A stretch of DNA of 64,000 bases from Smithellaceae bacterium (GCA_963667845.2 CAXXVL010000001.1:800001-864000), one strand, 5' to 3'; counted from the first letter of the stretch, positions 22,671 to 33,547 are shown. Translations and numbers: made by a program. The notes: a model not told the origin generated them from the sequence alone.

Positions 22671-23687
22671 ATGCTGATCGTCATGCATCGCAGCGCCACA
22701 CCAAAGCAAATCGGAGCCGTTACCGCAGCCGTGGAGAGGATGGGGCTGACGGCGTCGTCCATTCCCGGAAGCGAGAGGACTGCGATCGGCGTCCTGGGCA
22801 ACAAAGGCTATGTGGATGACTCACCAATCCGTAATCTTCCCGGCGTGAAGGACGTCATCCACGTTTCCAAACCTTACAAAATGGTATCGCGTGACTTTCA
22901 CCCCCGGCCGACGGTGATCCGGATCGGTAAAGTGGAAATCGGCGAAGGGAGAAGCCCTGTCATTATCGCCGGGCCGTGTGCCGTGGAAAGTGAAGATCAG
23001 ATCATCAGGACGGCCAGGGCGGTAAAGGCCGCTGGCGCCGGATTGCTCCGGGGCGGCGCCTTCAAGCCGCGGACCGGTCCCTATACGTTTCAGGGGCTGA
23101 AGGAAGAAGGTCTGAAGCTGCTGGCCCAGGCCAGCCGGGAAACAGGCCTCCCGACCGTTTCCGAAGTCATGACGTCGGAAAACGTCGAACTCGTGGCGCG
23201 CTATGTGGATGTTCTTCAGGTGGGCGCGAGGAATATGCAGAATTTCGATCTCCTGCGCGAAGTGGGCCGTATCCGGAAACCCGTATTTCTTAAAAGGGGC
23301 CCGAGCGCTACCATCGAGGAATTTCTGGCGGCAGCCGAATACATTCTGGCCGAAGGCAATTCGCAGGTCATCCTCTGCGAGCGGGGAATCCGCACGTTTG
23401 AAACAGCTACGCGCAACACCCTGGACCTGTCTGTTGTTCCCCTGATCAAGGAATTGTCTCATCTCCCCATTGTTGTCGATCCCTCGCATGCGACCGGCAA
23501 GCGCAGCCTCGTGCCCCCGATGGCGAAAGCGGCTATTGTGGCGGGCGCCCACGGCATTATGGTGGAGGTTCACCCCGACCCGGAAAAGGCGCTGTCCGAT
23601 GGTCCCCAGTCTTTGACGATACCCGGCTTTGAAAAGCTGATGACAGAGATCAAACAGCTCAATGTTTTTCTGGGATCTGAGAAGTAG
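22671..23687 (+). CDS. aroF: 3-deoxy-7-phosphoheptulonate (DAHP) synthase, type I-beta with N-terminal ACT-like domain
   Basis: [39 protein letters not shown]. Confidence 0.96.
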   Translation: MLIVMHRSATPKQIGAVTAAVERMGLTASSIPGSERTAIGVLGNKGYVDDSPIRNLPGVKDVIHVSKPYKMVSRDFHPRPTVIRIGKVEIGEGRSPVIIAGPCAVESEDQIIRTARAVKAAGAGLLRGGAFKPRTGPYTFQGLKEEGLKLLAQASRETGLPTVSEVMTSENVELVARYVDVLQVGARNMQNFDLLREVGRIRKPVFLKRGPSATIEEFLAAAEYILAEGNSQVILCERGIRTFETATRNTLDLSVVPLIKELSHLPIVVDPSHATGKRSLVPPMAKAAIVAGAHGIMVEVHPDPEKALSDGPQSLTIPGFEKLMTEIKQLNVFLGSEK

Positions 23688-23741
23688 ACCGGTCACTGCG
23701 AGGCGCGCAATCATGACGACCGCACCGGGACGCCTCGTTTC

Positions 23742-23839
23742 AATCCCGCTCACGCGGGGCGAGCGTTAATTCCCTGTTGCTTGCTGCGAAATAATAACGT
23801 GCATTTCATGCCTCGGCAGCGTGCTGCCGGTGGTTGATT
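23742..23839 (+). repeat. Palindromic interspersed repeat, long form (copy 3)
   Basis: AATCCCGCTCACGCGGGGCGAGCGTTAATT...GCTTGCTGCGAAATAAT...GGTTGATT between convergent aroF and PBP genes. Confidence 0.88.
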
Positions 23840-23856
23840 CCATGGGACATAATCGA

Positions 23857-26238
23857 TTATTTAAACAAGCCGCGCAGGAATTCTTTGGCATCTTGCATTT
23901 TGCTGCGGATCGCATCCATTACCGGATTAACCGGATGATCCGGGCAGGTTTCTTTGGGGGCTGTCCCGGCAAGGTAAGCTTCCCGAAAGGTTTGCGGGCA
24001 TAAAACCGTGGCGAGATATCCGGATTCCGGATCGATCAGCGCCGTTTCGATCCCCTGGGGCATGATCACGGGCTGCGGCCCTGCCTGGGAATAAAATGCC
24101 CTCAGAAACCGCGCGTTGATGCGCAGCGCACCGGCTGCACCGGTGAGGCCCGTATCGGCCCCGGCGTCATAGCCCACCCACACAGCACAGACGATATCCG
24201 GCGTATAACTGACAAACCACGAGTCGCGGTTGCCGTTGGTCGTTCCTGTTTTCCCCGAAACGGGAAAATCGATCTTCAGGCTCCTGGCGTCTTTCGCGGT
24301 ACCGCGCGTAAGCACGCCTTCCAAGGCAAAGCCTGCCAGATAAGCCACGCGCGGGTCCAGGGCCTGCCAGCGTTTTAACCGTCTCGCGATAATCGGCTCG
24401 CCATCCGCCATGGTAACGGAATACAGAGAAAAAGGTTCATAGCGGAAGCCGCCCGCGGCGATGGTGGCGTAGGCATAGGCGAGTTCCAGCGGCGTAACTT
24501 CAAAACTTCCCAGCGCCATCGAAGGGACGGGCAGAAGCGGACTTTTGATGCCCGCCTGCCTCGCGGCATCGAGTACGTTTTGAAAACCGACGTCGTTGGC
24601 CAGGCGTGTGGTGGCGGTGTTCACGGAGTCTTCAATGGTTTTCCGGATCGAAAGCATCCCGTATTTTTTGTCTTCAAAATTAGACGGGGACCACATTCCT
24701 TCCGGCGTCGGCAGAGATATCGGTTCGCCGGACACCCGGGTGGAGAGCGTCCAGTTTTCCTTGCCCGCGAGCGATTGCGAAAGCGCGGCGAGCAGAACGA
24801 AGGGCTTGAAAGCGCTGCCCGGCTGACGTTTCGCATCCACCGCCCGGTTGAACCGCGTCTGTCCGTAGTTTCGTCCGCCGACCATGGCGGTAACCGTTCC
24901 GGTCTTCGGGTCGATCGCGACCAGCGCGGCCTGCAGAGGTTCTGCCGCACGGCGGGCCGTCCTCCCGATGGTTTCGAGCCCGCGGGTGACAGCCTCTTCC
25001 GCCATGACCTGCTGCACGGAATCAAGCGTGGTGTAATAGCGGTATCCCGTATGGTAGAGCCGTTCTGTTCCCATTTCTTCCTTGGTGATCCTCTGGATAT
25101 AATCGATAAAATACGAGGACAGGTGAACAGGTGCTATCCCGGACCTGAGCTGCACCGGTGCCGCGGATGCTCTGAGAAATTCAGCTTCGGGGATCATGTC
25201 CAGTTTTTGCATTCTGGCGAGGACCTTGTTGCGGCGCTCCTTTGCCGTGCCGGGGTTTCTGAGAAGGGCATAGCGGTTCGGCGCATGGATGATCCCGGCC
25301 AAGAGCGCGGCCTCTTCGAGAGACAAATCCCTGGCGCGCTTTGAGAAATAGATGCTTGCCGCGTCTTCGACGCCATAGATGCGGTCAATGCCGGTCTGCC
25401 CCAGATAAATTTTGTTGAGATACATCTCCAGAATCTGCTTTTTGGAGTAGCGGAGCTCGAGTGCCACCGCGAGCTCCGCTTCGCGCAGTTTGCGGGCGAC
25501 GGTCTTTTTGGGAGAGAGGAAAAAATTCTTTGCCAGCTGTTGCGTAATCGTGGAGCCGCCTTCAGCGAATCTCTGTTCCTTGACATCGGTAACGAACGCG
25601 CGGCCGATGGCCAGGACGTCCAGTCCGAAGTGGGAATAAAAGTGTGAGTCTTCGGAAGCGATGACCGCATCCTGCAGGTAAGGGGAAATAGCGGAAAGCT
25701 GAACCTGATGCCGGGAATCCAGCTTCATGCTCATAATGCGGCCGATTTCCTCCGGTTCGAGCTTAATCGACTCCAGCTCTTTTCCGGCGCCTGACGTAAG
25801 CGTTGCGACCCGTCCGTCCTGAAGACCGATATCGACAGGAGAGCTTTGGTCCACATCCCCGTCGATTTTGTTGCGGTGGAGAAGAATACGGAGATGCTTT
25901 TCGTCTTGCGAATATGTTCCGGCCGCGGAAGGCTTTCCGGCCACTCTCTTGTAAGCGAGCCGGCTCAACCGCTCGGCAAAATGAACGTTCCCCAGGTGAA
26001 GTCCCTTGCTGATTTCCAGAGAGCGCCCGTAAAAGATTGTGGGAGATCCGCCATCGCCGTCGGCAATGCCTTTGCCGACCTCGATGTACTGATAACCGAT
26101 ATGCAGGGTCAGGCCCCCGAACACGATGACCGCAAGAAATAAAGCCAGAGATAAAAATGGGTGACGGCGAATCAACGGAGCCTCCCGGGTGTTTTGGGTG
26201 TCGGGTGCGTCAGAGCATTTCCGGCAAGGATGTGGCAA
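23857..26238 (-). CDS. mrcB: Bifunctional class A penicillin-binding protein (PBP1B-like)
   Basis: EDSHFYSHFG, GGSTITQQL, RKLRE (transglycosylase); SAFK, SVN, KTG (transpeptidase); UB2H-like region; exact start uncertain. Confidence 0.88.
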   Translation of the reverse strand: MPHPCRKCSDAPDTQNTREAPLIRRHPFLSLALFLAVIVFGGLTLHIGYQYIEVGKGIADGDGGSPTIFYGRSLEISKGLHLGNVHFAERLSRLAYKRVAGKPSAAGTYSQDEKHLRILLHRNKIDGDVDQSSPVDIGLQDGRVATLTSGAGKELESIKLEPEEIGRIMSMKLDSRHQVQLSAISPYLQDAVIASEDSHFYSHFGLDVLAIGRAFVTDVKEQRFAEGGSTITQQLAKNFFLSPKKTVARKLREAELAVALELRYSKKQILEMYLNKIYLGQTGIDRIYGVEDAASIYFSKRARDLSLEEAALLAGIIHAPNRYALLRNPGTAKERRNKVLARMQKLDMIPEAEFLRASAAPVQLRSGIAPVHLSSYFIDYIQRITKEEMGTERLYHTGYRYYTTLDSVQQVMAEEAVTRGLETIGRTARRAAEPLQAALVAIDPKTGTVTAMVGGRNYGQTRFNRAVDAKRQPGSAFKPFVLLAALSQSLAGKENWTLSTRVSGEPISLPTPEGMWSPSNFEDKKYGMLSIRKTIEDSVNTATTRLANDVGFQNVLDAARQAGIKSPLLPVPSMALGSFEVTPLELAYAYATIAAGGFRYEPFSLYSVTMADGEPIIARRLKRWQALDPRVAYLAGFALEGVLTRGTAKDARSLKIDFPVSGKTGTTNGNRDSWFVSYTPDIVCAVWVGYDAGADTGLTGAAGALRINARFLRAFYSQAGPQPVIMPQGIETALIDPESGYLATVLCPQTFREAYLAGTAPKETCPDHPVNPVMDAIRSKMQDAKEFLRGLFK

Positions 26239-26330
26239 TTCAGCTGATAAGAATAAAGATGGTCAAGAACATTTTTTAACATATGCCGTAACTAATCACA
26301 GGGGGTTTTCCGCGGTCAAGCTAATTTTTT

Positions 26331-26388
26331 AATCCCGCTCACGCGGGACGTGCGTTAATTCTCCGTAGCTTGCTATGCGTTGTTGATC
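26331..26388 (+). repeat. Palindromic interspersed repeat, short form (copy 4)
   Basis: AATCCCGCTCACGCGGGACGTGCGTTAATTCTCCGTAGCTTGCT...GTTGTTGAT. Confidence 0.85.
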
Positions 26389-26539
26389 AGGGAAACCGAC
26401 GGCGATCGCCCCGACGCCGTGCAGGCAGGCCGCGACCCGGCACAGATTTGCGATGGCTTTCCCCCGAAATTTGCGATAAAGAAATTTCCGGCACCGTGTG
26501 CTGCGATGCTGCAAATCGCATTTGATTCTTTTCATGTTG

Positions 26540-26637
26540 AATCCCGCTGACGCGGGACGAGCGGTAATTCTCGTAGCTTGCTGCGAAATGATGACTTTCA
26601 TTTCATGCCTCGACAGCTTGCTGCGAGGTTGTTGATT
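26540..26637 (+). repeat. Palindromic interspersed repeat, long form (copy 5)
   Basis: AATCCCGCTGACGCGGGACGAGCGGTAATT...CAGCTTGCTGCGAGGTTGTTGATT. Confidence 0.88.
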
Positions 26638-26672
26638 AAATGAATCCCCGCTAAGCTGCACGAGAGGATAAT

Positions 26673-28007
26673 ATGACGGAAATCAAAAAGGCGTCACGCA
26701 AAGAAATGTTCGGATGGGTCATGTTCGATTTTGCCAACTCATCCTACACCACGGTCATCATCACAGTTGTCTTTTGCATCATCTTTCCCAAACTTATCGT
26801 CGGCGACGGGCCGGAATATCGCCTGGGCAATCTCCTGTGGAGCACAGCTCTCTCCATCAGCTACTTGATTGTCCTGCTTACCGCGCCGATCTTCGGCGCC
26901 ATGATGGACTATGCCGGATCAAAAAAGAAATTTCTGTTCGCAAGTTACCTCCTCACCGTCATCGCGACCGCGGCCCTCTACTTTGTTCAACCGGGCTACG
27001 TCATTATCGGCATGCTGCTCATTATCCTCTCCAACGTCGGCTTTTCCTATAGCGAATCTTTTGTCGCGAGCTTTCTTCCGGGCCTCGGCCCACCCGAGGA
27101 TCTGGGCAAGATTTCGGGCTATGCGTGGGGTGTAGGCTACTTCGGCGGCCTGACCTCGACGGCCCTCGTTATCTTCGGATTGGGTGCGGGTGTGTACACG
27201 CTCGAAAATTTCTCAAACCTCCGCCTAGTTGGGCCGGTTACCGGCCTGTTTTTTCTCGTCGCCGCCATCCCGACCTTTCTGTGGCTCAAGGAACGAACCG
27301 TACCCCGGGCGCTGCCGCCCAATGAAACTTACTTGAGCGTCGGGATCGGACGACTGAAGAAAACTTTTCACGACATCCGGGATTACAAAGATTTGACGAT
27401 CCTTCTGACCTCGTTCTTCTTCGCCTACGCCGGCCTTTCCATCGTGATCTCTTTTGCCTTCATCTATGGTGACCAGGTCGTCAAATGGTCAGGCGTGACG
27501 CAGATCCTGATGTTTGTCCTCACGCAGATTACGGCGGCCGGGGGCGCTTTTCTTTTCGGGTTCATTCAGGACCGCTGGAAAGCCAAGCAGACCTTTGTCG
27601 CGACGCTCGTGCTCTGGGTTATCGCCGTCATGCTGATTTACGGAGTCGGCGGCGTGACGGCTTTTGTCAATAGTGCGCTAGGCCTGTCGTTGAAGGAGGA
27701 ACATATCTTCCTGGTCATCGGTTCCATTGCCGGACTGGGTCTGGGATCAACGCAGTCCGCCTGCCGCGCCATGGTCGGACTTTTTTCACCGGACACCAAG
27801 TCCGGTGAGTTCTTCGGCCTGTGGGGCTTCGCCAACCGTCTTTCAGCCATTGTCGGTTTGATGGGTCTGGGATTTCTGCAGTCGCTGTTTGGTCTGCACC
27901 GGGCCGTGCTTGTCTGCTCGGTTTTTTTCTTCGTTGCCCTGGTCATCGTCCTCTTCGTCAATGAAGAACGGGGCAAAGCAGCGGCAAGCAAACACGCCGG
28001 GGAATAA
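26673..28007 (+). CDS. MFS transporter (UMF1/ATG22-like)
   Basis: WVMFDFANSSY N-terminal motif, ~12 TM, SGEFFGL. Confidence 0.9.
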   Translation: MTEIKKASRKEMFGWVMFDFANSSYTTVIITVVFCIIFPKLIVGDGPEYRLGNLLWSTALSISYLIVLLTAPIFGAMMDYAGSKKKFLFASYLLTVIATAALYFVQPGYVIIGMLLIILSNVGFSYSESFVASFLPGLGPPEDLGKISGYAWGVGYFGGLTSTALVIFGLGAGVYTLENFSNLRLVGPVTGLFFLVAAIPTFLWLKERTVPRALPPNETYLSVGIGRLKKTFHDIRDYKDLTILLTSFFFAYAGLSIVISFAFIYGDQVVKWSGVTQILMFVLTQITAAGGAFLFGFIQDRWKAKQTFVATLVLWVIAVMLIYGVGGVTAFVNSALGLSLKEEHIFLVIGSIAGLGLGSTQSACRAMVGLFSPDTKSGEFFGLWGFANRLSAIVGLMGLGFLQSLFGLHRAVLVCSVFFFVALVIVLFVNEERGKAAASKHAGE

Positions 28008-28223
28008 AAACAGGCCTTTTTCATAAACTGCTTTATGAAAACCGGCAGGATTTATTGTTTGATTGCAAAGAAAATATTGCGCATATTACCTCTCGACTCC
28101 TCAGCCAACACGATTAATCTTCCAAGGCGGTGCTGGACCCTCGCAAGAAGGTTCGTTTTATTAAGTCTTTAAGCCGGCGGCGCGCCGTAAAAACTTCAGA
28201 ACGGTATACCGCATCAAATCAGA

Positions 28224-28266
28224 TTGACAGATCTGAATATTTTTTTTATAGAAAACATACGTATGT
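28224..28266 (+). promoter_or_regulatory. Sigma70-like promoter with adjacent perfect palindromic operator
   Basis: TTGACA 28224-28229, 17-bp spacer, TATAGA, then ACATACGTATGT (28255-28266). Confidence 0.6.
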
Positions 28267-28414
28267 ATTTTATGAGCGTCTATCGGTCATGATCAAACAC
28301 TAATATTCATAGAGGAAGGAGGAAGATTAATCCGGGTTTTTCGAAAGATTTAGTAGGCTTCAGCATGATCACGGATATTCAATCGATTTTTTTATTAAAA
28401 GGAGGAGATTGTAA

Positions 28415-29896
28415 ATGAAATGTATCAGCAAGGGCGTTGTTCTTTTTGCGTGTGTGCTTTCAATCCTTTTTCTGACAGCTTATAGTGCGTCTACAGCATT
28501 TGCCGCAAAAGCAGAAAAGAAAGCAAAGGCGGTAAAGGCGGAATCGGCGGAAAAGGTCAAGTTTAATGCCGCGGTTGACGCGAACAAGATGGGCGATATG
28601 TCCGACTATGATCCTTCGAATCCCATCGTTCCGACAGGCGATACCATCAAGATCGCCATTGTGGCTTCCTTTTCCGGAGCCGCAGCAGCCAATGGGCAAT
28701 TTTACTGGAATGTCGTACAATGGGTAGCCCATGATATCAATAAAAGAGGCGGCATCTGGGTCGATGGCAAGAAAAAACTGATTGAAGTCCTTAAAGCCGA
28801 TCATATGGGCAAGGCGGATCAGTGCAAGAAAGTCACCGAGCGGATGATTCTCCAGGAGAAAGTAAATTTCCTGTGGGGCACCGACGGCAGTCATCTCATG
28901 AAAATCATCAACGAAACAGCCAATAAATACAAAGTCATTTCCTTGAATGCAACCTGCCTGTCTGATGACCTCCAGGATGCCTCCAATTTCTCCCGTTATG
29001 CCTTCCATGCCGCTTTTTCCACAGAGCAGGTCGGTCGCGCTTTTGCCTATTATTATGGTCAGGTTCGTAAAAAGGAGAAGAAGTTTTATATCCTCTGCCA
29101 GGATTACTCTTTCGGTCATCAGATTGCCGACGGGTTCAAGGCGGGTCTGAAAGAATATTATCCGGAAGCTCAAATCGTCGGCGAGGATTACCACAAACTT
29201 TTCCTGACGGACTTTGCTCCTTATCTGGAGAAAATTAAAGCCTCGGGCGCCGAAGTCGTTTACACAGGAGACTGGTTCCCGGATGCCGGAAATCTTTTGA
29301 AGCAGGCGCGGCAGATGGGAGTGAAGCTTCCGTTTGCCAACATCTACATGGATACTCCGGATTTCCTGCATGAAGTCGGCGTCGAGGGGACAAAAGGATT
29401 GACCAATCTCAGCACCTGGATGACGGCAAACCCCCAGTTCAAAGAGCCCGGGTATATCAAGATGTACCAAACATGGAACGGCCTTTGGAAAAACAAATGG
29501 AAAACCCCGCCGTTCAACGGCCGGACGTTTGAAGTTTACACCGGCAACTGGGGCTCCTGGACCAATGTTACCTACTGGCTGATGAGCGTCATTGAGCGTG
29601 CGAAAACGACGGATCCGGAAAAGATCATCAGCATCTGGGAAAATGACAGCTTCAAATTCGTCAACGGCAAAGTGGTGAAGATGAGGGCCTGCGATCACAA
29701 GATTGTCCAAGATTTGGCTATCGTAGAGTTTGTACCCTGGGAGCAGCAAAAGGCGTCCTTCAATATACCGCCTTACTACTGGTACAAGGGCTGCTCGTCC
29801 TACGGACCGTCGGCTGTCATTCCGGCTGCAAAAGCTTTACCGTGGATGGATCAGAAGCTGGACCGCTGCAAAGGCAAAAGCGGCTCGGGTGAATAG
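28415..29896 (+). CDS. ABC transporter substrate-binding protein, branched-chain amino acid/HAAT-like (orphan)
   Basis: Signal peptide, IKIAIVASFSG, DINKRGGI, QDYSFGH, TDFAPYL; RBS AGGAGG. Confidence 0.88.
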   Translation: MKCISKGVVLFACVLSILFLTAYSASTAFAAKAEKKAKAVKAESAEKVKFNAAVDANKMGDMSDYDPSNPIVPTGDTIKIAIVASFSGAAAANGQFYWNVVQWVAHDINKRGGIWVDGKKKLIEVLKADHMGKADQCKKVTERMILQEKVNFLWGTDGSHLMKIINETANKYKVISLNATCLSDDLQDASNFSRYAFHAAFSTEQVGRAFAYYYGQVRKKEKKFYILCQDYSFGHQIADGFKAGLKEYYPEAQIVGEDYHKLFLTDFAPYLEKIKASGAEVVYTGDWFPDAGNLLKQARQMGVKLPFANIYMDTPDFLHEVGVEGTKGLTNLSTWMTANPQFKEPGYIKMYQTWNGLWKNKWKTPPFNGRTFEVYTGNWGSWTNVTYWLMSVIERAKTTDPEKIISIWENDSFKFVNGKVVKMRACDHKIVQDLAIVEFVPWEQQKASFNIPPYYWYKGCSSYGPSAVIPAAKALPWMDQKLDRCKGKSGSGE

Positions 29897-30037
29897 CAAA
29901 ATTGATAGGCCCGTTCATCTATTTTGAGTCTGATCATTTCAGGCTATTTGTGGAGACAGGAAACAAAACGCGATGACCGCTGCAGGAGATGTGGCGTAAC
30001 ACAAAAGCGGCCTGTCGCAAAACTTGTTGTTGATACC

Positions 30038-30073
30038 GAGGCTGCCCGGGAGATCCCGGGCAGCCTCTTTTTT
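30038..30073 (+). terminator. Rho-independent terminator
   Basis: GAGGCTGCCCGGGA-GA-TCCCGGGCAGCCTC followed by T6. Confidence 0.85.
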
Positions 30074-30355
30074 GGTGAGCCATTGCAGGAATAGAGACAG
30101 GTGGCCTGGACTAAATTGGGAACAACAGTAACCGAAGGGTATGCTCGTAAGATACTAAGTTTCTCGAAAGAGAAGTTCTATTGCAAAAAAGACTGGATTC
30201 GGGCCGAATCTCAGACGGTGCATGCCGGATAAGAAGGACGGATGAAGCAGAACGAAAACATAGATAATGGTGCAAGTTGATTCCACGAAACGGTTGTCCG
30301 CTACTGAAAGGAATGGAATTTTATTATTTTTCGGGCGACCGCATTGTAACCGACA

Positions 30356-30595
30356 ATGATCAACATACAGTTTGACGGCGTTTTCAGCCTGTGCGATCTG
30401 CCACATATGAATCTTCAGTTTTCCTCTTTAATCGTCAAGAAATAATTGAATATTCAAATCAGATGGGTTAGCATGACGCACATTGGAGAAACGAATGAAC
30501 TTGTTTGACCATCCGGCCAGGAAAGGTATCTGCTTTGCCGGTGCAAGTTTCCGCACGGCGACATATTCCGGAAACTGAGGCAAAATCTGATTCAT
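30356..30595 (-). pseudogene. intI: Integron integrase N-terminal remnant (in-frame stop, catalytic domain missing)
   Basis: RBS GGAGG + MNQILPQFPEYVAVRKLAPAKQIPFLAGWSNKF...LFLDD*RGKLKIHMWQIAQAENAVKLYVDH. Resembles the N-terminal extension of long IntI proteins as I recall it; TAA at 30428-30430 is in frame; divergent from the cassette array. Confidence 0.72.
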
Positions 30596-30769
30596 CTGCG
30601 AACCTCCATCTACATAGACATTTTGACCACGTTTCACAAAAAGCCATAAAATACGTACTCGGTATTTGCCGGGTATTAAGGACCTTTTACCGAATACGCA
30701 ATTCATATTGTGTTGATTGTAAACAAGTTTTTTTTAATGATTGAAAAGCTTTTTTGCGCCCGAACCCGG

Positions 30770-30801
30770 GTTTTACCGGAGCGGTATATTAATTGTTACA
30801 C
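30770..30801 (+). other. Candidate integron attI site (crossover G/TT at 30795/30796)
   Basis: AATTGTTACAC between intI remnant and first cassette; GTTACAC is the exact reverse complement of the first attC R'' box GTGTAAC. Confidence 0.7.
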
Positions 30802-30827
30802 TGATTTCACAATTAAGGTGGGAATAA

Positions 30828-31628
30828 ATGCCAATCAAAATTAGTGTTTTCCTTGCGATATTGTTGAACCTTTTTTTATATAATGAGGCTATATCAGGAA
30901 ATTATGAATTGTTGAAAAATTATCCTACAGGCCATCACTCCCAAATGTTTGAAATCGATGAAAGTAATCTAGAAGTATGTAAAGCATATGAAAAAAACTT
31001 GAACTCATTTCCAGAAATTCGTTCTGTAATGGTATGTGAGCGGCCTATCAATCCAAAACTAACAGACTTCAAAAAACCAGACTGGCAAAAACTTAACGCG
31101 TTAGATTTAAAGAATGTCATTATGAGAATAGACAAACAAACCCCATACTACAAAATACATCCAAATTATTTTAATGAAGAAAAATGGGAAGAGACATTTA
31201 AAACTAGAATCGAGGAAGGTACAATAAAGCAACGCTATGCCAAATTAGAAATAGATAATGATAAATATAAACATCTAAAATCAGAAAGTTTACCTCTCTA
31301 TATATTAGAATACGATTTTGGCGGTAAATGTGATCCGTCCAATGATAGATGGCTTGAGAATAGTGGTGGGATTGAATATTTTATTACTACCAAAGATCTG
31401 AAAGAATTAGTGCCAATTATTGGGCTTGGATCATTAAGAGGTGTGTTTGTATACGAGGGTGAAGTCTACTTTGATGCCCTTTCATATAGTTGGAATGAAA
31501 AACTGAAAAAAAGACGGTATGAAATATGGCTACATATATTGAGCTATCGTTCTGGTGAGTTCTCTAGAGCTGCTATATGCCGATTTCGCTATATTGGGAA
31601 AGACCCCACTATGAAAAGTATAAGATAA
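30828..31628 (+). CDS. Integron cassette 1: AT-rich secreted hypothetical protein
   Basis: 266 aa, signal peptide, four Cys, bounded by attI and attC. Confidence 0.8.
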   Translation: MPIKISVFLAILLNLFLYNEAISGNYELLKNYPTGHHSQMFEIDESNLEVCKAYEKNLNSFPEIRSVMVCERPINPKLTDFKKPDWQKLNALDLKNVIMRIDKQTPYYKIHPNYFNEEKWEETFKTRIEEGTIKQRYAKLEIDNDKYKHLKSESLPLYILEYDFGGKCDPSNDRWLENSGGIEYFITTKDLKELVPIIGLGSLRGVFVYEGEVYFDALSYSWNEKLKKRRYEIWLHILSYRSGEFSRAAICRFRYIGKDPTMKSIR

Positions 31629-31642
31629 GTAGGAATTGTTAT

Positions 31643-31690
31643 GTGTAACAAGTCGCTAGAGCCGACAAGCGGCTCAGCTCGTCGTTAAAC
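31643..31690 (+). mobile_element. attC site (48 bp)
   Basis: R'' GTGTAAC - AAGTC - L'' GCTAGAGC - CGACAAGCG - L' GCTCAGC - TCGTC - R' GTTAAAC; one extra base in L''. Confidence 0.85.
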
Positions 31691-32381
31691 TATGCGAATA
31701 ATGAAAACTTTGAAAGATGATAACATTTTTTACATCAAATCCACCTCATGGCTCACGATGGCCTTTGGGGCATTAATTGTGGCAACTTTTTCAGTCCTAC
31801 TCCATTATCATTTTCTTTTTTTACATTATCTCCTGTTTGCCATTAGCCTAATAAGCTTGTTAATATCGTATCGCAAATACGCAACATTCAACAATCGTTC
31901 TCTGACCATTTTATTCGGGACGAAAACACCCGGAATCACCATAGCCTATGACAATATTGAATCCGTTAAATCTGAAACAAAGAAGATTGATGGTATTATC
32001 AGACTGGGTGAATTTAATGGACCTTGTATTAAAGAGATCAAATACGTCTTAATTAACTTAAAAGCACCGTTAGAGAAACGATGCCTTCCGAACAAAAATG
32101 AGAAACCAGATTACCAAATAGAAGACAAGAAAATTCAAATCGCTGAAAACGGCTTGTCAATTATATTGTATCAACCCCCAAAAGGTGGATTTCGTCCTTT
32201 GCTCGACAAAATGTCAAAATCAATGAGAATATTCAATGCGGAGATGTTTGAATACGAAGAAGCGCTGAGTGATGAAAACATAGTTGCATATATCATTGGG
32301 TCAGCTTGAACCTACCCCAGTTTAACGGACACTTCAAAAAGTATACAGAGTCGTATACAATGAAGAAGAAAGGAGTGTCCG

Positions 32382-32687
32382 ATGAGAAAGCAGAGGCAGT
32401 CATTTAGCCGGGAATTTAAGCTGGAAGCAGTGAGGTTAATGGAAGAAGGAAAGAAGCCACCTGCGGAACTAGCCCGGGAGCTTGGGCTAAGGAGAAACCA
32501 GCTTTATAAATGGAAAGAAAAGACGGATCTACATGGTGGCGGTGCGTTTCCCGGACATGGGCGACGAGCTTCAAGCGGAACAGAAGCGGAAGAGATCAGC
32601 AAATTGAAACGCGAGTTGGAACGAGTTAAGGAAGAGAATGAAATCTTAAAAAAAGCCGCAGCGTTCTTTGCGCGGGAAATGAAGTGA
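32382..32687 (+). CDS. IS3 transposase OrfA
   Basis: FSREFKLEAV HTH, leucine zipper, ILKKAAAFF. Confidence 0.95.
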   Translation: MRKQRQSFSREFKLEAVRLMEEGKKPPAELARELGLRRNQLYKWKEKTDLHGGGAFPGHGRRASSGTEAEEISKLKRELERVKEENEILKKAAAFFAREMK

Positions 32688-33547
32688 AGTATCGGTTTAT
32701 CCGGTCGCAGAGAACGCAATATAGAGTAGCGGTGATGTGTAGAGTATTAGAAGTATCCAGAAGTGGATATTATGGTTGGATGGATCGTCCGGAGAGCGAA
32801 CGAACAAAACGGCATCGAGAATTAACCGTTAAGATACGGCAGGCGCATCTTGCCAGCAGGAAGATATATGGCGCGCCGCGCATTCATGGCGAGTTGATTG
32901 ATCAAGGGGAACAAGTTGGTCGAAACACCGTGGCCAGTTTGATGCGGAAAGCGAATATTCAATCAAAAGTACATAAACGTTTTGTGGTAACGACCGATTC
33001 AAGAGGAACCAGAAAACCCGCTGAGAACTTACTAGGCGGAGAATTTACATCAGACACAGCCAATCGGAAGTGGGTATCTGATGTGACGTTTATCCCGACC
33101 CGGAAAGGCTGGTTATATTTATCGGCGATCATGGACCTTTATTCCCGAATGGTTGTTGGCTGGTCAATGGGGGAGAAAAACAGTACCGAGTTGATTGAGG
33201 ATGCCTTAAAGATGGCGACGGCTCACAGAAAAAACATTAAGGGCGTGCTTTTGCATTCGGACCAGGGTGTGCAGTATGCGTCGACATCTTATCAGCAGCT
33301 GTTAAGCAACCTGGGTATCATCTGCAGCATGAGCCGGAAAGGTAATTGTTGGGATAATGCACCGATGGAGAGTTTCTTTCATTCTTTGAAAACCGAGTGG
33401 GTAGGCTTTGAGGATTACAAGACCCGATCGGAAGCCCGAGCCAGCCTGTTTGATTACATCGAGCTCTTTTATAATCGCAAACGCAGGCATTCTACGTTAC
33501 AGAACAGAAGTCCCTGGGCCTTTGAAAATGCCGGGGTTGTCCCTTAA
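32684..33547 (+). CDS. IS3 transposase OrfB (DDE)
   Basis: VSRSGYY, WVSDVT, HSDQG, DNAPMESFF, YNRKRRHS; -1 frame relative to OrfA. Confidence 0.95.
   Translation: MKYRFIRSQRTQYRVAVMCRVLEVSRSGYYGWMDRPESERTKRHRELTVKIRQAHLASRKIYGAPRIHGELIDQGEQVGRNTVASLMRKANIQSKVHKRFVVTTDSRGTRKPAENLLGGEFTSDTANRKWVSDVTFIPTRKGWLYLSAIMDLYSRMVVGWSMGEKNSTELIEDALKMATAHRKNIKGVLLHSDQGVQYASTSYQQLLSNLGIICSMSRKGNCWDNAPMESFFHSLKTEWVGFEDYKTRSEARASLFDYIELFYNRKRRHSTLQNRSPWAFENAGVVP

Noticed and set aside
30155..30355. Continuation of intI toward a catalytic domain
   Set aside because: No HYS, RH or HxxRH motifs found by eye; similarity stops after YVDH.
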